Source of the DNA: an uncultured virus (IMG/VR IMGVR_UViG_3300013497_000039)
Taxonomy: Duplodnaviria > Heunggongvirae > Uroviricota > Caudoviricetes
Virus record (IMG/VR): IMGVR_UViG_3300013497_000039
Span: 1 to 64,000 of that record
Strand: one strand, 5' to 3'
DNA length: 64,000 nt
In this document: in pieces, positions 47,085 through 55,932 of the stretch
Numbering within the stretch: the first letter of the stretch is position 1
How the letters are laid out: each line of letters begins with the position of its first letter
Position numbers and translations under genes: made by a program
The notes under the pieces: model-generated
Seen by the model: the letters and a program-made list of their open reading frames with translations, nothing else
Database searches by the model: none
What the model was told of the DNA's origin: nothing

Positions 47085-48465
47085 TGCTGTACCATTCTCC
47101 CCTCAGAGATAATTTTGATACAAGAACAGAAATGATACCAGCTGACAAAACTGCAATTAGGCTTCCTGCCGTCTTATAGGCAGATAGGTTATACACATTT
47201 CCATATGCAAAGACAGGAAGCCCTACAATAAAGGCTATCAATATTCCGCTTATCACTCCCGTTGCAGTAAGCTTCACTCCCTTTAGGGTAAGCACTGTAG
47301 GAAGAAGTGTAGTCGCCCTGATAGTTCCGTAAAACAGAAACAAGTGCGTTACTGTCAGTCCTGGTATATTGGATATCAATATCCCGGCCAGTAGCAAAAG
47401 TATCATGGAAATCTTTGATATCTTAATGGAACTCCTTTTGAACATATCTGTTGTCAAAGATGAAACAGCACTCAAATTACTGTCCAATCTGGCAAGCAGA
47501 CCGGACAAGAACATAATTAAAAACGGTATCACAATCCACCTGGGGAAAGCACTCATTAAATATTCAAAATTCACAATACTCTTATCAGTTGCCATAAAAC
47601 CAGTGCCGGCAGCAACAAATCCTATTATTCCCATGGATAGCGGAACTAAGGCAAAAAGCAGAGCGCCTAACGCAAAAGCTTTGCCTATGCTCTTCTCCTT
47701 AATTGCAAACGCTCTTTGCCAAAAGCATTGATCTCCAAAGGGACCGGCCAGCAAGCCAATTGCTGATGATAAACCAAATGAAAAGAACACCTCTGCACCT
47801 TTGGCAGAAAAGATACTTCCATATTCTCCTGATATACCAGATAACCCGTTTATCCATGATTGCATGCCCGCTTCTTTAAGAGAGCCGCCAGCGAATGCAA
47901 TTACTATTGAAATGATAACCAGGAGCTGTATTGTCTCCGCAAGCACCGAGGATTTAATTCCCGAAAAGTGTGCATAGGAAAATACAATTACTGCCAAAAG
48001 CAATGTTATCACCATGAATGGTAATCCGGTTAGCATACTCAATAGCTTCCCGCCGGCAAGCATCTGAACGGCTGTGGAGCATACTGCTAACCCCGTTAAT
48101 TCTAACAGGTACACATTTTTCACTCCATCCGAATCATATTTATCTTTCATATATCCGGATAACGTAATTCCCTTGGGCATTTCTTTCCGTATCTTCTTAG
48201 CAAATGGAATAAAAATTAACAGCGTTAATACATTTGGCACTAAAAACCAGAATAAGCCTGCCACCCCGCTGACATAAGCCCTTTCCGCTGCCACAAGCAG
48301 TGACGGGGCCCATACCCAGGAAGCCGCTATACCCATAGCTGACTGTACCGTTTTCATCTGCCGGTTGCTTACACAGTAGCTTTCAACATCCTGATTCCTT
48401 TTCAAAAAAACATTCGTTCCTATCATCAGCATACCATAGATGATAAGGATTAATACTTCATTCAT
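47074..48465 (-). CDS. Sodium:solute symporter family transporter
   Basis: About 13 TM segments; ASWVWAPSL, DQCFWQRAFA, LDSNLSA. Confidence 0.85.
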   Translation of the reverse strand: MNEVLILIIYGMLMIGTNVFLKRNQDVESYCVSNRQMKTVQSAMGIAASWVWAPSLLVAAERAYVSGVAGLFWFLVPNVLTLLIFIPFAKKIRKEMPKGITLSGYMKDKYDSDGVKNVYLLELTGLAVCSTAVQMLAGGKLLSMLTGLPFMVITLLLAVIVFSYAHFSGIKSSVLAETIQLLVIISIVIAFAGGSLKEAGMQSWINGLSGISGEYGSIFSAKGAEVFFSFGLSSAIGLLAGPFGDQCFWQRAFAIKEKSIGKAFALGALLFALVPLSMGIIGFVAAGTGFMATDKSIVNFEYLMSAFPRWIVIPFLIMFLSGLLARLDSNLSAVSSLTTDMFKRSSIKISKISMILLLLAGILISNIPGLTVTHLFLFYGTIRATTLLPTVLTLKGVKLTATGVISGILIAFIVGLPVFAYGNVYNLSAYKTAGSLIAVLSAGIISVLVSKLSLRGEWYSNGK

Positions 48466-48549
48466 ACTGAATCCTCCTTCAAAATCATAATTGTATGAAG
48501 GAGCTTCGCATTTCCTTGTTTTATCCCACCTTTCCCGGAAAATTATACG

Positions 48550-48578
48550 AAAAAAAGACCGCCCTGCAAGACGGTCTC
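48550..48578 (-). terminator. Intrinsic terminator ~50 nt downstream of the late promoter
   Basis: AGACCGTCT-tgc-AGGGCGGTCT plus T run. Confidence 0.75.
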
Positions 48579-48609
48579 TGACGTGACATAATTAAATTTT
48601 TACGAGTAC

Positions 48610-48653
48610 AGTTTATCATGGGTCTTAATGTAATGTCAATGTAATCTTTTTTT
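48610..48653 (-). promoter_or_regulatory. Putative late promoter with ATTACATT direct repeats
   Basis: TTGACA-N18-TAAACT with extended TG; ATTACATT twice at 11-bp spacing over the -35. Confidence 0.65.
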
Positions 48654-48664
48654 AGCCGGTGGAT

Positions 48665-49276
48665 TTATTGTACTTTCAAACCGTCCACCCCAAAAAGCAG
48701 GGCGGAGAGCCTTTCAATAGCTATTTTCAGGTCCGAATAGACATTTTCTTTACTCATATTTTGCTTTTTTGCAATATCTTTGGCTGACATTATTTCATCT
48801 GATATATACATATCATAAATCACTTCATATCTCCTAACATCAAGGCTTGATGATTTTTCACAAAAGGTTTGATAAATTCCAATCATGGCTTCAATGTGTG
48901 TTACCATAATAGCGGTCCTGCTTGCAGATCTCTTTATGGCATCCACTATCACTTCATCATCATAAAGATTCATCATTGAGCAGAGAATATCTGCCGCCGA
49001 TTCTTTCATCTGACTCCGGCCAAAGATAGAATTCTCCGAATTTTCTTTCAGCATACGGTAATTACGCAAAAGAAGTTTTGTATTGTGAAGACGCCGATCA
49101 ACAGCCTTGCTGTGCATTTTTTTCTTTTCTTCCTCCAGCTTCTCCAAAGCGGCCTTGGCTCCAATCTCTGCCGCCTCCTTACGCATGGCAGCCAATTCTT
49201 CCTTGCTAAGTATCACGAATTCCTTAGGAGCCTGTGTTTGTTTTTCTGTTTTTTCCATGCTTTCGCCCTCCACCAT
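48665..49276 (-). CDS. Late transcription regulator (ArpU/RinA-like, sigma-4-type HTH)
   Basis: NTKLLLRNYR, C-terminal HTH, LFGVDG; last early gene before the late promoter. Confidence 0.7.
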   Translation of the reverse strand: MVEGESMEKTEKQTQAPKEFVILSKEELAAMRKEAAEIGAKAALEKLEEEKKKMHSKAVDRRLHNTKLLLRNYRMLKENSENSIFGRSQMKESAADILCSMMNLYDDEVIVDAIKRSASRTAIMVTHIEAMIGIYQTFCEKSSSLDVRRYEVIYDMYISDEIMSAKDIAKKQNMSKENVYSDLKIAIERLSALLFGVDGLKVQ

Positions 49277-49559
49277 TTTTTATTTGATATATTTTACCAG
49301 GTAGGTTATAATATATCTGCCGATTGATGGGGGAGAAGCGAAAGCACTCCCCTTTCTCATTTCTCCGGAATGACACCTGGATAATCTTCAAATCCCATCT
49401 GGCCAGGGATATCCTCCGGAATATCCGGATCAGACACTGCTTTTTCATGAGACTTGCCCGCAACTTTGCCCCAGCAGACTGGACCATAACCACGTTCAAT
49501 GCTTTTTGAATCCTTCAGCTTTTTTCCGCAATTTAAACAAATCATTTTTTCCCTTCCCC

Positions 49560-49781
49560 TTAACGCATACCCGCCTTCAATGCGCACATAGTGCACGCAG
49601 CTGCAGCTCCGTCATGAATTACTTGCCTGGCCAAATCCGACTCCCAACAGTCTGCACCGCACTTAGGACACGTTACTTTTCTCCAATCCTTTGAACCAGA
49701 AACAGGTATGTTAGTTACCATGGGGAGGCAGACTATTCCGCCTCTTTCTCCAGGTTTTCTTGGTGTGATTTTTACATTCAT
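49560..49781 (-). CDS. Small zinc-finger hypothetical protein
   Basis: CPKCG..CW and CTMC. Confidence 0.55.
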   Translation of the reverse strand: MNVKITPRKPGERGGIVCLPMVTNIPVSGSKDWRKVTCPKCGADCWESDLARQVIHDGAAAACTMCALKAGMR

Positions 49782-50122
49782 CCTGCATACCTCTCATCCC
49801 TTCCAAAAGAGGAATCCATATCTGCCGGCATTTGATAGGTTTTCGGAGGAACCACTACATACCCAGGCTGAAACACACCTGTCGCTGGATCCGATTTTCC
49901 ATCACAAAGAATGAAATCTGATTGTATCTTAAAAATCTGCTTTAGCACATGTGCAGCTCTTTCTTTTCTCTGATAAAAACCAAGGGCAAAGGATCTACCA
50001 TCTGTTTTTCTTCTAATCATTACGGCATAATCTGTTTTTCCTTCTGCCGGATCCGACACGTTAATTTCATCCATTCCCTCAGTGCTTAAAATTCTTTTTC
50101 CATTCTGTGTTAAAATCCACAT
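49778..50122 (-). CDS. Hypothetical phage protein
   Basis: MWILTQ...LGFY...ERA..VL motif. Confidence 0.6.
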   Translation of the reverse strand: MWILTQNGKRILSTEGMDEINVSDPAEGKTDYAVMIRRKTDGRSFALGFYQRKERAAHVLKQIFKIQSDFILCDGKSDPATGVFQPGYVVVPPKTYQMPADMDSSFGRDERYAG

Positions 50123-50135
50123 AAAATATCCTCCA

Positions 50136-50474
50136 TTATTCTACTTTTTTTATTTTCTTTCTTCTCAATTTGGCTGCATAATCTGATATTATAAATTCAG
50201 CACAATCTTCTTTCTTCCGTGTTCTATGGAAGGAATTACCCGTATAATACCAGCACTCATCACAATTGAAACAAGGCTCTCTCTGCTCTTCCGGCCTAAC
50301 CTTGTGCCAGACCTCTTCAACATTATTGACACAACGTTCGCAAAGGCAATTTGCACATTGTGTAACAGGATTATTTATTTTTCCAAAAAGTCTCTCGAGC
50401 ATGGATTTACATTCTGGCTCCGCTGGTTCTTGCGGCTTTTCAATAAAATCAAATATATCCATTTGTTTAAACAT
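50136..50474 (-). CDS. Cys-rich hypothetical protein
   Basis: QMDIFDF N-terminus; CxxCxCxxC. Confidence 0.6.
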   Translation of the reverse strand: MFKQMDIFDFIEKPQEPAEPECKSMLERLFGKINNPVTQCANCLCERCVNNVEEVWHKVRPEEQREPCFNCDECWYYTGNSFHRTRKKEDCAEFIISDYAAKLRRKKIKKVE

Positions 50475-50491
50475 GAGCGCCTCCGGGAAAC

Positions 50492-50779
50492 TTATTCAAA
50501 CAAGCTGAGTACCCACTCAAAATCTTCCACCATTTGACCTTTGAAATTATGCGGATAATCTGCACTTGCTTTTATATCTACAATTTTCTTCTCGATTTTC
50601 TCATGGGCAATTTCATAATTTGCCAGTTGCGTAAAGCATTTTTGAATCGGACACGAGTCACATTTATCGTCACAAATATCTGTACACATTTCGCAATCAT
50701 CCGCTCCGCCCTCTCTATCTATCGTACATATTTTTTTAGGTACAAAATATCCATCGTATTCTATTGTTAACCTCTCCAT
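50492..50779 (-). CDS. Hypothetical phage protein
   Basis: MERLT...LANYE motif. Confidence 0.6.
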   Translation of the reverse strand: MERLTIEYDGYFVPKKICTIDREGGADDCEMCTDICDDKCDSCPIQKCFTQLANYEIAHEKIEKKIVDIKASADYPHNFKGQMVEDFEWVLSLFE

Positions 50780-50788
50780 AGTTCTCCT

Positions 50789-51268
50789 TTATCTTCTTCC
50801 TCTAATGAGATCCGGATTATCATGAATGTTCCCTAGAACAACGTCATTGCACCTTTCCCCTTCGTCGTTATCAAACTGTCCTCTCCCTATTGGATAGAAT
50901 CCACTTCCCGAACCCTTCTCTATCTTCAAGTAAAAACCAGTGCCTCCCATATCCATCCAAACAATCTCCCCTATGATCTTTTCTCCGAATATATCACGTT
51001 GAACAATATCTCCCTCAAATATCTCCTTACCCTTGGCATCCTTGATTCCGGTATACTGTCCAAGAGTATCCCGATCAATATCCATTTTGTAGTGAGGCTT
51101 TGGCATATTCCAATCGCAGAAACCATCAAACAGTAGATAATGATGTTCATTTTCTCGAATCTGGTCAGCCGTTGCACAGCAGAGTGTGGTATCCTCACAG
51201 TGCCAGTAATGCCCCCGGCGCCATCCTTCTCCATCTCTTCCCTTGGCTCTAAATAATATATCTCTCAT
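50789..51268 (-). CDS. YopX family protein
   Basis: ILFRAK, TLGQYTGIKD..GKEIFEGDI, LGNIHDNPDL. Confidence 0.85.
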   Translation of the reverse strand: MRDILFRAKGRDGEGWRRGHYWHCEDTTLCCATADQIRENEHHYLLFDGFCDWNMPKPHYKMDIDRDTLGQYTGIKDAKGKEIFEGDIVQRDIFGEKIIGEIVWMDMGGTGFYLKIEKGSGSGFYPIGRGQFDNDEGERCNDVVLGNIHDNPDLIRGRR

Positions 51269-51293
51269 TAAGCGTCATCCCTTTCTATTGAAA

Positions 51294-51776
51294 TTAATTT
51301 AAAATTCTGTCTCTTGTTGCCGATCTGAACATCATGAGTAGCATTTCCGGTACCGATTTATCCCTGTCTTTCCTCACTGCTTTTTTTACAGATTTTAAAT
51401 CATACCAATCGCCTCGATAATTCTTTCCATCAGGAATATAAACTCCAACTTTGTACGGTATTTCATTTTTCACTTTTTCGTACACTTCCTCAGGCATGAC
51501 ATAATAATTAAAATCCCCCAAGAAATTATGCCCGTTCTTTGAATGAAAATCTTCTACCGAGGACTTCACTTCAAAGCAATAGAAGTCTCCTTTTTCAATG
51601 CCAGACACGGTATTATTGACAGGTTTAAATTTCATATAATCCACTCGTACTGCTTTGCTGGTGGCATAGTCAAACGTAACTTCTGAAGCCCAGTAAATCC
51701 TTGGATCATTATGTGGATTGATATGCTTTTGGATAGATAATGATAATAATTTTGTAAGTTCAGGTCTGCCGCTCAT
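51294..51776 (-). CDS. PD-(D/E)xK nuclease-like protein (MmcB-like)
   Basis: EV..RVDY, CFEVKSS..DF.S, NYYVMP. Confidence 0.65.
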   Translation of the reverse strand: MSGRPELTKLLSLSIQKHINPHNDPRIYWASEVTFDYATSKAVRVDYMKFKPVNNTVSGIEKGDFYCFEVKSSVEDFHSKNGHNFLGDFNYYVMPEEVYEKVKNEIPYKVGVYIPDGKNYRGDWYDLKSVKKAVRKDRDKSVPEMLLMMFRSATRDRILN

Positions 51777-51780
51777 ACCG

Positions 51781-52248
51781 CTATTCCTTATCACTATCCA
51801 AAACATATGCCGTACATAACGCTTCAAAATCTGCCGCCAGGGCCCACCGTGAACCAGAAGGCTCCGTAATATACGAACCTTCTTTAGATCCTACAAAATC
51901 ATAATCATGAGGAAAGACACTTTCGATATAAACCTCTGTACCGTCCGGCAAGGCTTTAACTTCTTCCAGTGATAGCTTTCTTCCATGTTGTTGAGAGGCA
52001 CAGCTACTGCATAAATCTTCTTCCACCCAATAGCAGCCTCCAGGGCAGGCATGAAACCAGTCACAGCCACATATGCGGCACTTTCTATCACTATCATGAA
52101 TTGTGATTTCTGCCAACTCCCCCTCTGACTGAAGAGAACTTTTTTTAATACCAATCCCCTCTCCCAAAAACACATCATCTAAGAGATTGTGTATTCCTTC
52201 AATTTCGGATAACTCTTCTTCCGTTTCAATTTCAAATATAATTTTCAT
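51781..52248 (-). CDS. Hypothetical protein with Cys-rich domain
   Basis: CRICGC....AC..GCYWVEEDLCSSC. Confidence 0.6.
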   Translation of the reverse strand: MKIIFEIETEEELSEIEGIHNLLDDVFLGEGIGIKKSSLQSEGELAEITIHDSDRKCRICGCDWFHACPGGCYWVEEDLCSSCASQQHGRKLSLEEVKALPDGTEVYIESVFPHDYDFVGSKEGSYITEPSGSRWALAADFEALCTAYVLDSDKE

Positions 52249-52634
52249 AGTGATTCCTCCGCAAAAATGAAAAAGAAATACTTTTTCCTTATCTCATCCC
52301 ATACATCTTTCCAAGCTGGATTCCCACAGAGAAAAACTCGACCAGCCAAAATATCCATTGCATAATCAGTAATTTCTGCCTCTTTATGTAGCCATGCACA
52401 ATGCTCCCTGCAATGATTTTTTATAATATCAAGCATTTCTGTTTCCCCCGCCTGTTCTATTGCATTTCTTGTCCTCTCTCTCCACTCCTGAGGGGAAAAC
52501 TCCCCCACAGAAGTTTTATATGTTTCCCTATACTCAAATACTTTTTTTCCTCTGCAATCAGTTCCTGTCTGATAGGCTCTCCCTGTTCTCATCTGAATAT
52601 AATAATCTCCTACCATATTCCTGCCTCTTTCCAA
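52245..52634 (-). CDS. Hypothetical protein
   Basis: ORF in operon. Confidence 0.55.
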   Translation of the reverse strand: MERGRNMVGDYYIQMRTGRAYQTGTDCRGKKVFEYRETYKTSVGEFSPQEWRERTRNAIEQAGETEMLDIIKNHCREHCAWLHKEAEITDYAMDILAGRVFLCGNPAWKDVWDEIRKKYFFFIFAEESL

Positions 52635-53690
52635 CTATCTCTGTAACTGCACTGGAAGAACTACAGCCTGCATTTCACTATCACAAGCTTTAACAATCAT
52701 AGGCAGCTTTTCACCGCCAAAAGACAATGAAATTTCTTCACAGGAAAATGCTTTTATTGTTTCCAGTACCAGGCGGGAATTGAATCCTATAACCAAATTT
52801 TCTACGGGTGTATTGAGCTGTATGACCTCTGAATAATCCGCCGTACTGTCCTTAATGCTTAATTTAAGGGAATCCCCTTCAATCTCAAATTTTGTCGGTG
52901 TCTTTTCATCGGTACAAATTTTGGCTCTAGTGATGGCATCCAACATTTCCACCCGTTTTACTCCCGTTTGCATAGGAAGTTCTTCAAAGATTTTTTCATA
53001 AGCAAAATATTTTCCTTCTATAAGCCTTGTAAATATCTCATAGCCTTCTGATCTAAAAATGGCACTGTGATTATCGTATTCAATCAGGACCTCTCCACTC
53101 ATTTCAAGTGTAAGCAGCTTTTCAACCGCTCCTCTTGGTAACAACAGCTTAAATTCTCCCTCAAAATCCTGCCGGTCCCAGGCAAGAACATGCCCGTCCA
53201 ATCCCACAAAATTTAATTTCCCATTTGAAGCCTCCAGATAAAGAGCTGTCATAATTATGTTGCTGTTTTGAACAGGAACGGCATATAAGACATGAGCCAT
53301 AGATTCTTTTAAATTTCTGCTCTGAATCTTCATGCTGCTTCCACCCTCGGCAATACGATCTGCAGAGTAAGAATACTCATCTGCCGGAAAACTCTGATAG
53401 GAATTTTTTATCTTCCCCATTTTGATAGTAATCAGATTCTTATTATTCTCTGTAATCTCCACTTCTCCATCCGGCAAATTTTTAATAAGGTCAAATGCTT
53501 TTGCGGGAATGATGAAGCTTTCCCCCTCTATGCCTTCCAGCTTCGCCTTAACAGTCATTTCTGTATTACTCGCTATTAAATAACCGTCCTGAATCAAAAT
53601 ACCCACCAACGCAGGATTATGGCTATTTTTCGGCACCACACTTTTCAATTTGTCAATCTTTTTTGTCAATTCCACCTTTTCAATTTTCAT
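52635..53690 (-). CDS. dnaN: Phage-encoded DNA polymerase III beta sliding clamp
   Basis: 351 aa; LDGHVLA, TRLIEGKY, IGFNSR, VVLPV. Confidence 0.88.
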   Translation of the reverse strand: MKIEKVELTKKIDKLKSVVPKNSHNPALVGILIQDGYLIASNTEMTVKAKLEGIEGESFIIPAKAFDLIKNLPDGEVEITENNKNLITIKMGKIKNSYQSFPADEYSYSADRIAEGGSSMKIQSRNLKESMAHVLYAVPVQNSNIIMTALYLEASNGKLNFVGLDGHVLAWDRQDFEGEFKLLLPRGAVEKLLTLEMSGEVLIEYDNHSAIFRSEGYEIFTRLIEGKYFAYEKIFEELPMQTGVKRVEMLDAITRAKICTDEKTPTKFEIEGDSLKLSIKDSTADYSEVIQLNTPVENLVIGFNSRLVLETIKAFSCEEISLSFGGEKLPMIVKACDSEMQAVVLPVQLQR

Positions 53691-54231
53691 GTAATTCCAC
53701 TCCTTCCAATATCAACACCGTTCCCATTTTCTGGCTTAATTTGTACGGGGCCAGTTCCTCCAAAGTCATATACTTTCTTCCGTAATGACTTTTCATATCT
53801 CCAAACACTTCCCAGGGTACCCGGTAAAAACTTTGTAATCCCATAGACACCATAACAAAACATTGAGCACCCATAGTCCGGAAATCATCAAGGCCCTGTC
53901 GCTGGGTTTTGGTAATAACTGATTCCTGAATGCGGTCATGATCTGTATGCTTGGCTTCAAAAATAATTGCTCTGCCATCACACAGAACCCCTTTGTAATC
54001 CGGTTGTGCCTGTTTTTCATAACAAGCTATGTATTGTCCCCTTCTCCGGTCCCCATACGGCTTTATGGGCCGCATGGGTTCAGGTGTCTTATCAACAATA
54101 GCAACGCCCCGTTCCCGATAGTAGTTACAGGACGCACTGAGAATATTTTCAAACATACCTCCTACCGCCTGGGAACGCCAACCAATCATTTGCCTATTAA
54201 CATCACTCAAAGAATCCACCTTCCTCAGCAA
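53680..54231 (-). CDS. recU: Holliday junction resolvase RecU
   Basis: G..FE, K.PEP, PDYKG, IFEAKHT. Confidence 0.85.
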   Translation of the reverse strand: MLRKVDSLSDVNRQMIGWRSQAVGGMFENILSASCNYYRERGVAIVDKTPEPMRPIKPYGDRRRGQYIACYEKQAQPDYKGVLCDGRAIIFEAKHTDHDRIQESVITKTQRQGLDDFRTMGAQCFVMVSMGLQSFYRVPWEVFGDMKSHYGRKYMTLEELAPYKLSQKMGTVLILEGVELHEN

Positions 54232-54577
54232 TTTTTTTGAATTTATCCACCGTTGCGGGTCCTACCCCGGGGATTACACCGGGAACCATCAAGGCATCAA
54301 AGAACTGTTTTACCTTTCCGCACTTTTTGCCTTCATTTCTACCTTCACTCCGGGCCTTTTCCACACGATTTTCAACATAAGAGATTAACTGTTCATCCGT
54401 CATTTTACGGATTTTTACCGCTTTTTCATGGATTGCAGTTTCATTCTTAGTTCTACGACAACTTCTTTTTGCCATACCTCTCTTTTCCTCCTTCTCTTTT
54501 CTTACTGTATTCCGGATTGCCATTGCTGCTGTAAAATCTGAATAACCTTCCTGATTCTTCCAAAGCACTCCCCTCAC
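54203..54577 (-). CDS. Hypothetical protein with C-terminal HhH
   Basis: IPGVGPATVDK. Confidence 0.6.
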   Translation of the reverse strand: MRGVLWKNQEGYSDFTAAMAIRNTVRKEKEEKRGMAKRSCRRTKNETAIHEKAVKIRKMTDEQLISYVENRVEKARSEGRNEGKKCGKVKQFFDALMVPGVIPGVGPATVDKFKKIAEEGGFFE

Positions 54578-55587
54578 TCCTTTAGTCCCACTAGGGGTGG
54601 AACTTCAATTTGATAGTTCAAACACATTTCCCGGAAACAGGTTTGGCAGATGTGAGCAAATTGTTTCGGCTGCTCTCCACGCTGTGACCTGGCACACAAG
54701 GCAATCATTTCATTCTTCTTGTACTGTGTCTTGCATGCACAGCAGGTGTTATACAGCCTATTTTTCATTTTTTCACTTATTTCTTTGTGTTGTAGCTGCA
54801 GCGGAAACTCCCGCCTCATATTCTTTTCGCCAACAATATCAAGTAAACTATCTTTCATAAATACCGGCACACCACTATTGTCAGCTGAAAGAACGATTCT
54901 CTTCACCCAATCCCATTCAGGAATGACTTTGGATTTTCTCCTGCCTGTCTCTGCTCCAATGATTATCCAATCCACCTGCCGAAATAAAATATTGTGCTGC
55001 TCCGGTTGCAAGTCCTCTAAAAGCGGCTCCAAACTCACAAAGGTTCTGCATCCTGCCGGTAGAGAATTAAAGTAGCCCATTTCAGCTTCCTTGGTTATAC
55101 TGGTCCCATACCAGAGATTCTCGTATCCGGCCGGAACGCCATACTGCACATAGCGTTCCGGATTCTTGGTAAGAAACAAATAGTTATGTATAGGTTGCTT
55201 TATGCAAGTATCCAATACCTCACCGATCCACTCATCTGGCACCCAATCTCCAAAGACATCCGCCATTGCTCCCACAAATATGTTGTTTCCCATCTTTAAC
55301 TTATCGGGAATCTCCATGCGGTACCGATGGAATGTCGGTTCAAATCCAAACGGATATACCAATGTGTATCCAGTTTCATTCTGCATAGGATTATTCAAAA
55401 CAAAGACCTCTCCATTACCATCAGCCGCTGCTTGCGTCGAATAATCCATCTTAGCCATTTTATTTAAACGTACGTCCCCGGAAAATCTGGAAGTCATACT
55501 TTTGGCATAGCAGTAAGGGCATTCATGACGGCATCCTGTTATTGGATTCCAAGTATGGTCGCACCATTCAATTTTTGACCGGTTCAT
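54574..55587 (-). CDS. DUF5131 (phage Gp37/Gp68, radical-SAM-like) protein
   Basis: KIEWCDHTWNPITGC...C.YCYA, FLTK.P.R, FVSLEPLL, WIIIGAETG. Confidence 0.85.
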   Translation of the reverse strand: MNRSKIEWCDHTWNPITGCRHECPYCYAKSMTSRFSGDVRLNKMAKMDYSTQAAADGNGEVFVLNNPMQNETGYTLVYPFGFEPTFHRYRMEIPDKLKMGNNIFVGAMADVFGDWVPDEWIGEVLDTCIKQPIHNYLFLTKNPERYVQYGVPAGYENLWYGTSITKEAEMGYFNSLPAGCRTFVSLEPLLEDLQPEQHNILFRQVDWIIIGAETGRRKSKVIPEWDWVKRIVLSADNSGVPVFMKDSLLDIVGEKNMRREFPLQLQHKEISEKMKNRLYNTCCACKTQYKKNEMIALCARSQRGEQPKQFAHICQTCFREMCLNYQIEVPPLVGLKE

Positions 55588-55722
55588 AGGAAGTCGCCTC
55601 CTCCATCCTAGGCATCCGGGCAAGCAAGTTGCAGGCTTCCACAATTGCCTGATATTCTGTAGAATGCAAATCATCATGGCCATCCTTAATTCCAATTAAA
55701 CGCTCAACAATTTCACCTATAA

Positions 55723-55932
55723 TCATGATTCTTCCTCCCAATATTCAACATAATATTCATACTGCGCATTCTTCCTATCCTCTGTTCCCGGAACTTGGCC
55801 ACGACCTATTTTTGCAATATAACCGGCTTTGATTAACAGTCCGGCCAATGCAAGACGGTCCTCTTCATTCCACTGAACAGAGCCTTTTCTCCGGCTATAA
55901 ACTCTACTTCTATTACTTTCCATCAGCCGCAC
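55723..55932 (-). CDS. Hypothetical protein
   Basis: EDR..LA.LL.KAGY motif. Confidence 0.55.
   Translation of the reverse strand: MRLMESNRSRVYSRRKGSVQWNEEDRLALAGLLIKAGYIAKIGRGQVPGTEDRKNAQYEYYVEYWEEES

Noticed and set aside
48500..48552. Purine riboswitch upstream of the symporter (TCGTATAAT start)
   Set aside because: Lacks the ATATGG, GTTTCTAC and CCGTAAA core elements
50492..50501. Partial third att core (TTATTCAAAC)
   Set aside because: Only 10 bp, explained by a gene ending LFE*, with no arm sites or boundary nearby
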